Below are positions 61,511 to 64,000 of a stretch of DNA of 64,000 bases, piece after piece. The position numbers and the translations under genes are program-made. The notes under the pieces are model-generated. The model had not been told where the DNA came from and searched no databases. It was given only the letters and a program-made list of their open reading frames with translations. Numbering within the stretch: the stretch's first letter is position 1; the number at the start of each line of letters is the position of its first letter. Source of the stretch: Chiloscyllium plagiosum (Eukaryota); NCBI RefSeq assembly GCF_004010195.1, contig NC_057750.1:16684450-16748449 (forward strand), in the 5' to 3' direction.

Positions 61511-63442
61511 TTAGATTTAGGTTTTATTGTGTAGATTTAGGTTTTATTTTCACGTGTGACAATGTGTGATCCAAGATGGTGGCTGTGTAGGTCTCCTCAC
61601 CAGAGCTCATCCGCTCCGACTACTTATCTTCCTTTTCTTTCTCCTTCTTCCTTTTTTTCTTGTTTTGCTCTCTCTTTCCTGTGGTTTTCTCTCCTCTTTG
61701 GAGCTCGGAGGTGGAGGCCATGATGGCAGTGGTTGGGTGACTTGGATGGTCGGCCACAAGGCGTGAGGTCAACTGCCTCACGGCTTCATCGATGCCCAGA
61801 ACGGGACTCAGCAGCGAGGCAGTTGACATGGCAACGGAGCTTGTAGGTGGGTGGGACATAATGTGGGCCTGGATTGCAGCAGTAGTTGTAGCCTAGGATT
61901 TGCGAGCAGAGGGGAGGCCCAGTGTGCCTGATGGAGGTCAGTGGCAACTGTCGGTGATGAAGGCAGCTGGCGAACGTAGCTGGCGGACTTGGCTCAGCAC
62001 AGGAGAGCATGCCCAGTACAGGGGAGACTGAACCCTATTGGGGAAAACCAAGCTTGGAACATCTGCAGGCCCATGGCTTAAGGAAGGACTGTACTGTTTG
62101 TCTTGACTTTAATTCTTCATTTTTCCACTTTTTTACTAAGAAGACTGTAGTGTTAAACATATTGACTGATTTTTTTACTTTTCTACTTCTGTAACTAAGA
62201 TTTTTGAAAGTAGGTAATTTGTACCTAAGATGGCGCCATGTGTGGCAACATTATTGGTTGTAGAATAGGCCAGTCCTTGGTGAAAAAATATTGCCTCTCA
62301 CATCCATACAGCAGGGAAATACTTAGGAAGTAAGTCACTGTTGTAAAGTAGAAATGTCAGCAGCTGATTTTCACACGGCACCACACGCTGGCCAGATTAT
62401 TGGCTAGGAAAAATTATGACACTGCGGGTCTATCATTCTTGCAACCGCATCTGAAGGTTATGGACTCACGTTCCACTCTAGAAACTTAAGCACAACATCA
62501 ACTCAACTGAGGGAAATGTAAGATGCATAGGCAATTAGCTTTAATGGGGCTTGTTTGGCATAACTCCAAATATTATGAAAGTTGAGTTGTGTGGGTCATA
62601 GAGAAATTTCTGGATTGTGGTTTTAGATGTAATTATTCTGATGTCTTTCGATATTAATAGCTGCTATGAATTTTATATGTTAGTCTTGTGTGGGCTTAAT
62701 TTCCCAATACTTACAACATCATCTCTATAAAGATAGGGAAATTCCTTAAAGCAGATCCCTAATTCCAGTGAATCTAAACTTGTCAGGAACTGGAGAGTGT
62801 GGCATCAATGAGATATCGAGCACCACAAAACAATTAAATTAAACTTTTCCCATAATGAGAATGTGACCCTGACCACTGTCTCACAGTTCACCAGCAACCC
62901 TGTTTCACTGTTTTATCTTTCACAGGATGTTGGTATCTCTGGCAAGAACAGCATTTGTTACCCATCTCAGTGCCTGCTCAGCAATTCAAAGGGCTTTAAG
63001 AGTCAACCACATTGAAGTGGGTCTGGAGTCACATGCACCAGGTGAGGACAGCAAATTTCCTTCTCTGAAGACCACTGATGAATCAGGTCGGTTTCTATGA
63101 CGATAGTCACTGTGGTCACCAACACTGAGACTTGTTTTACGTTCCAGATTTGTTAACCTTTACTTCTGATTCTTTTGGGAATTGTGCCAAACCTGGAGGA
63201 GGTGGATCAGCAGCACAGAGTAGTCCCAAAGGGAACAATTGCTCGAATCTGCACCAGCCCCAGGTGTGGTCACTCCACACAACAGAATGAGCAAGAAATA
63301 CACTCAGCACGTTTTGCGCAAAACAGACTCCTTTTGCTATTGTCCAGAAGATGCCCACTCACAAAGCTGATCTATCGGGTTTGATTCTTACTATCTGAGG
63401 GCTGCCCTATGAAGAACAATTGAGTACAAAGCAAAAAATCTT

Positions 63443-63567
63443 CTGCTACAAATTCTGTGTCTTATGATCCTGCTCCACAACCACCTGATGAAGGAGCAGC
63501 ACTCAAAAAGCTAGTGCTTCCAAATACACCTGTTGGACTATAACCTGGTGCTGTGTGATTTTTAACT
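63443..63567 (+). mobile_element. Family B PLE 3' repeat with degenerate HHR
   Basis: cacCTGATGAaggagcagcactcaAAAAgctagtg (63482-63516), then cttccaaatacacctgttggactataacctgg. Confidence 0.75.
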
Positions 63568-63899
63568 GAGTATAAAGGCTCAATATACTCTCTACAGAAC
63601 AAGAGGCAATCTCATTGACTGAATAGAAGGGCTAGAGAGGATGAATTTTGAGAGGATTCAGGGGACATTTTCAAAATCATGAGCAGGCTGGATAAAGGAG
63701 ATAGGGAGAAGCTGTTCCTGTTCGTGAAAGAAAAAAGAATGAAAGAGGAACGGATTTAAAATGATATTCCAGAAAAACAGGGGTTACGTGAGAAAACGTT
63801 TTCTCTCAGTGTGTAGTTAGGATATAGAATTACCTGGAAATGTGATGGAGGCAGGTCAAATGAGACACTCAAAAGGGCATTGGATGATTATTTGAATTA

Positions 63900-64000
63900 T
63901 CGAATCCCTACAGTGTGGAAGAAGGCCATTCAGCCCATTGACTCCAGACTGATCCTCTAAACAGCAACCAACCCAGACTCAACCCTATCCCTGTAACCCC
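63900..64000 (-). mobile_element. HE1-like SINE 3' end (runs off window)
   Basis: gaatccctacagtgtggaagaaggccattcagccc. Confidence 0.7.

Noticed and set aside
1..64000. CRISPR array or prokaryotic operon-like system
   Set aside because: There are no regularly spaced direct repeats or gene-dense ORFs. The content is vertebrate retroelement DNA.

Overview
This is repeat-saturated vertebrate DNA, most likely from a shark or ray. That is inferred from the many HE1-type tRNA-derived V-SINEs and their partner CR1/HER1 LINE 3' ends. It reads as intronic or intergenic sequence, and I recognise no host protein-coding gene. Almost all ORFs in the track are fragments or antisense readings of retroelements: CR1, a 5'-complete L1/Tx1-like LINE, an RTE 3' end, and Penelope-like elements (PLEs) of Neptune and Poseidon type. 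There are also two small TIR MITEs and old Deu-domain-like SINEs. The most striking structure is a dense population of minimal type I hammerhead ribozyme (HHR) motifs: CUGANGA, one extra nucleotide, stem II, GAAA, then a palindromic ACGU or AGCU. They occur in at least four sequence families, each tied to a PLE 3' repeat. Many sit in small non-coding fold-back insertions flanked by 12-16 bp target-site duplications (TSDs), and one of these appears to have copied neighbouring genomic DNA into its loop. Boundaries of old repeats are approximate because they were read by eye.
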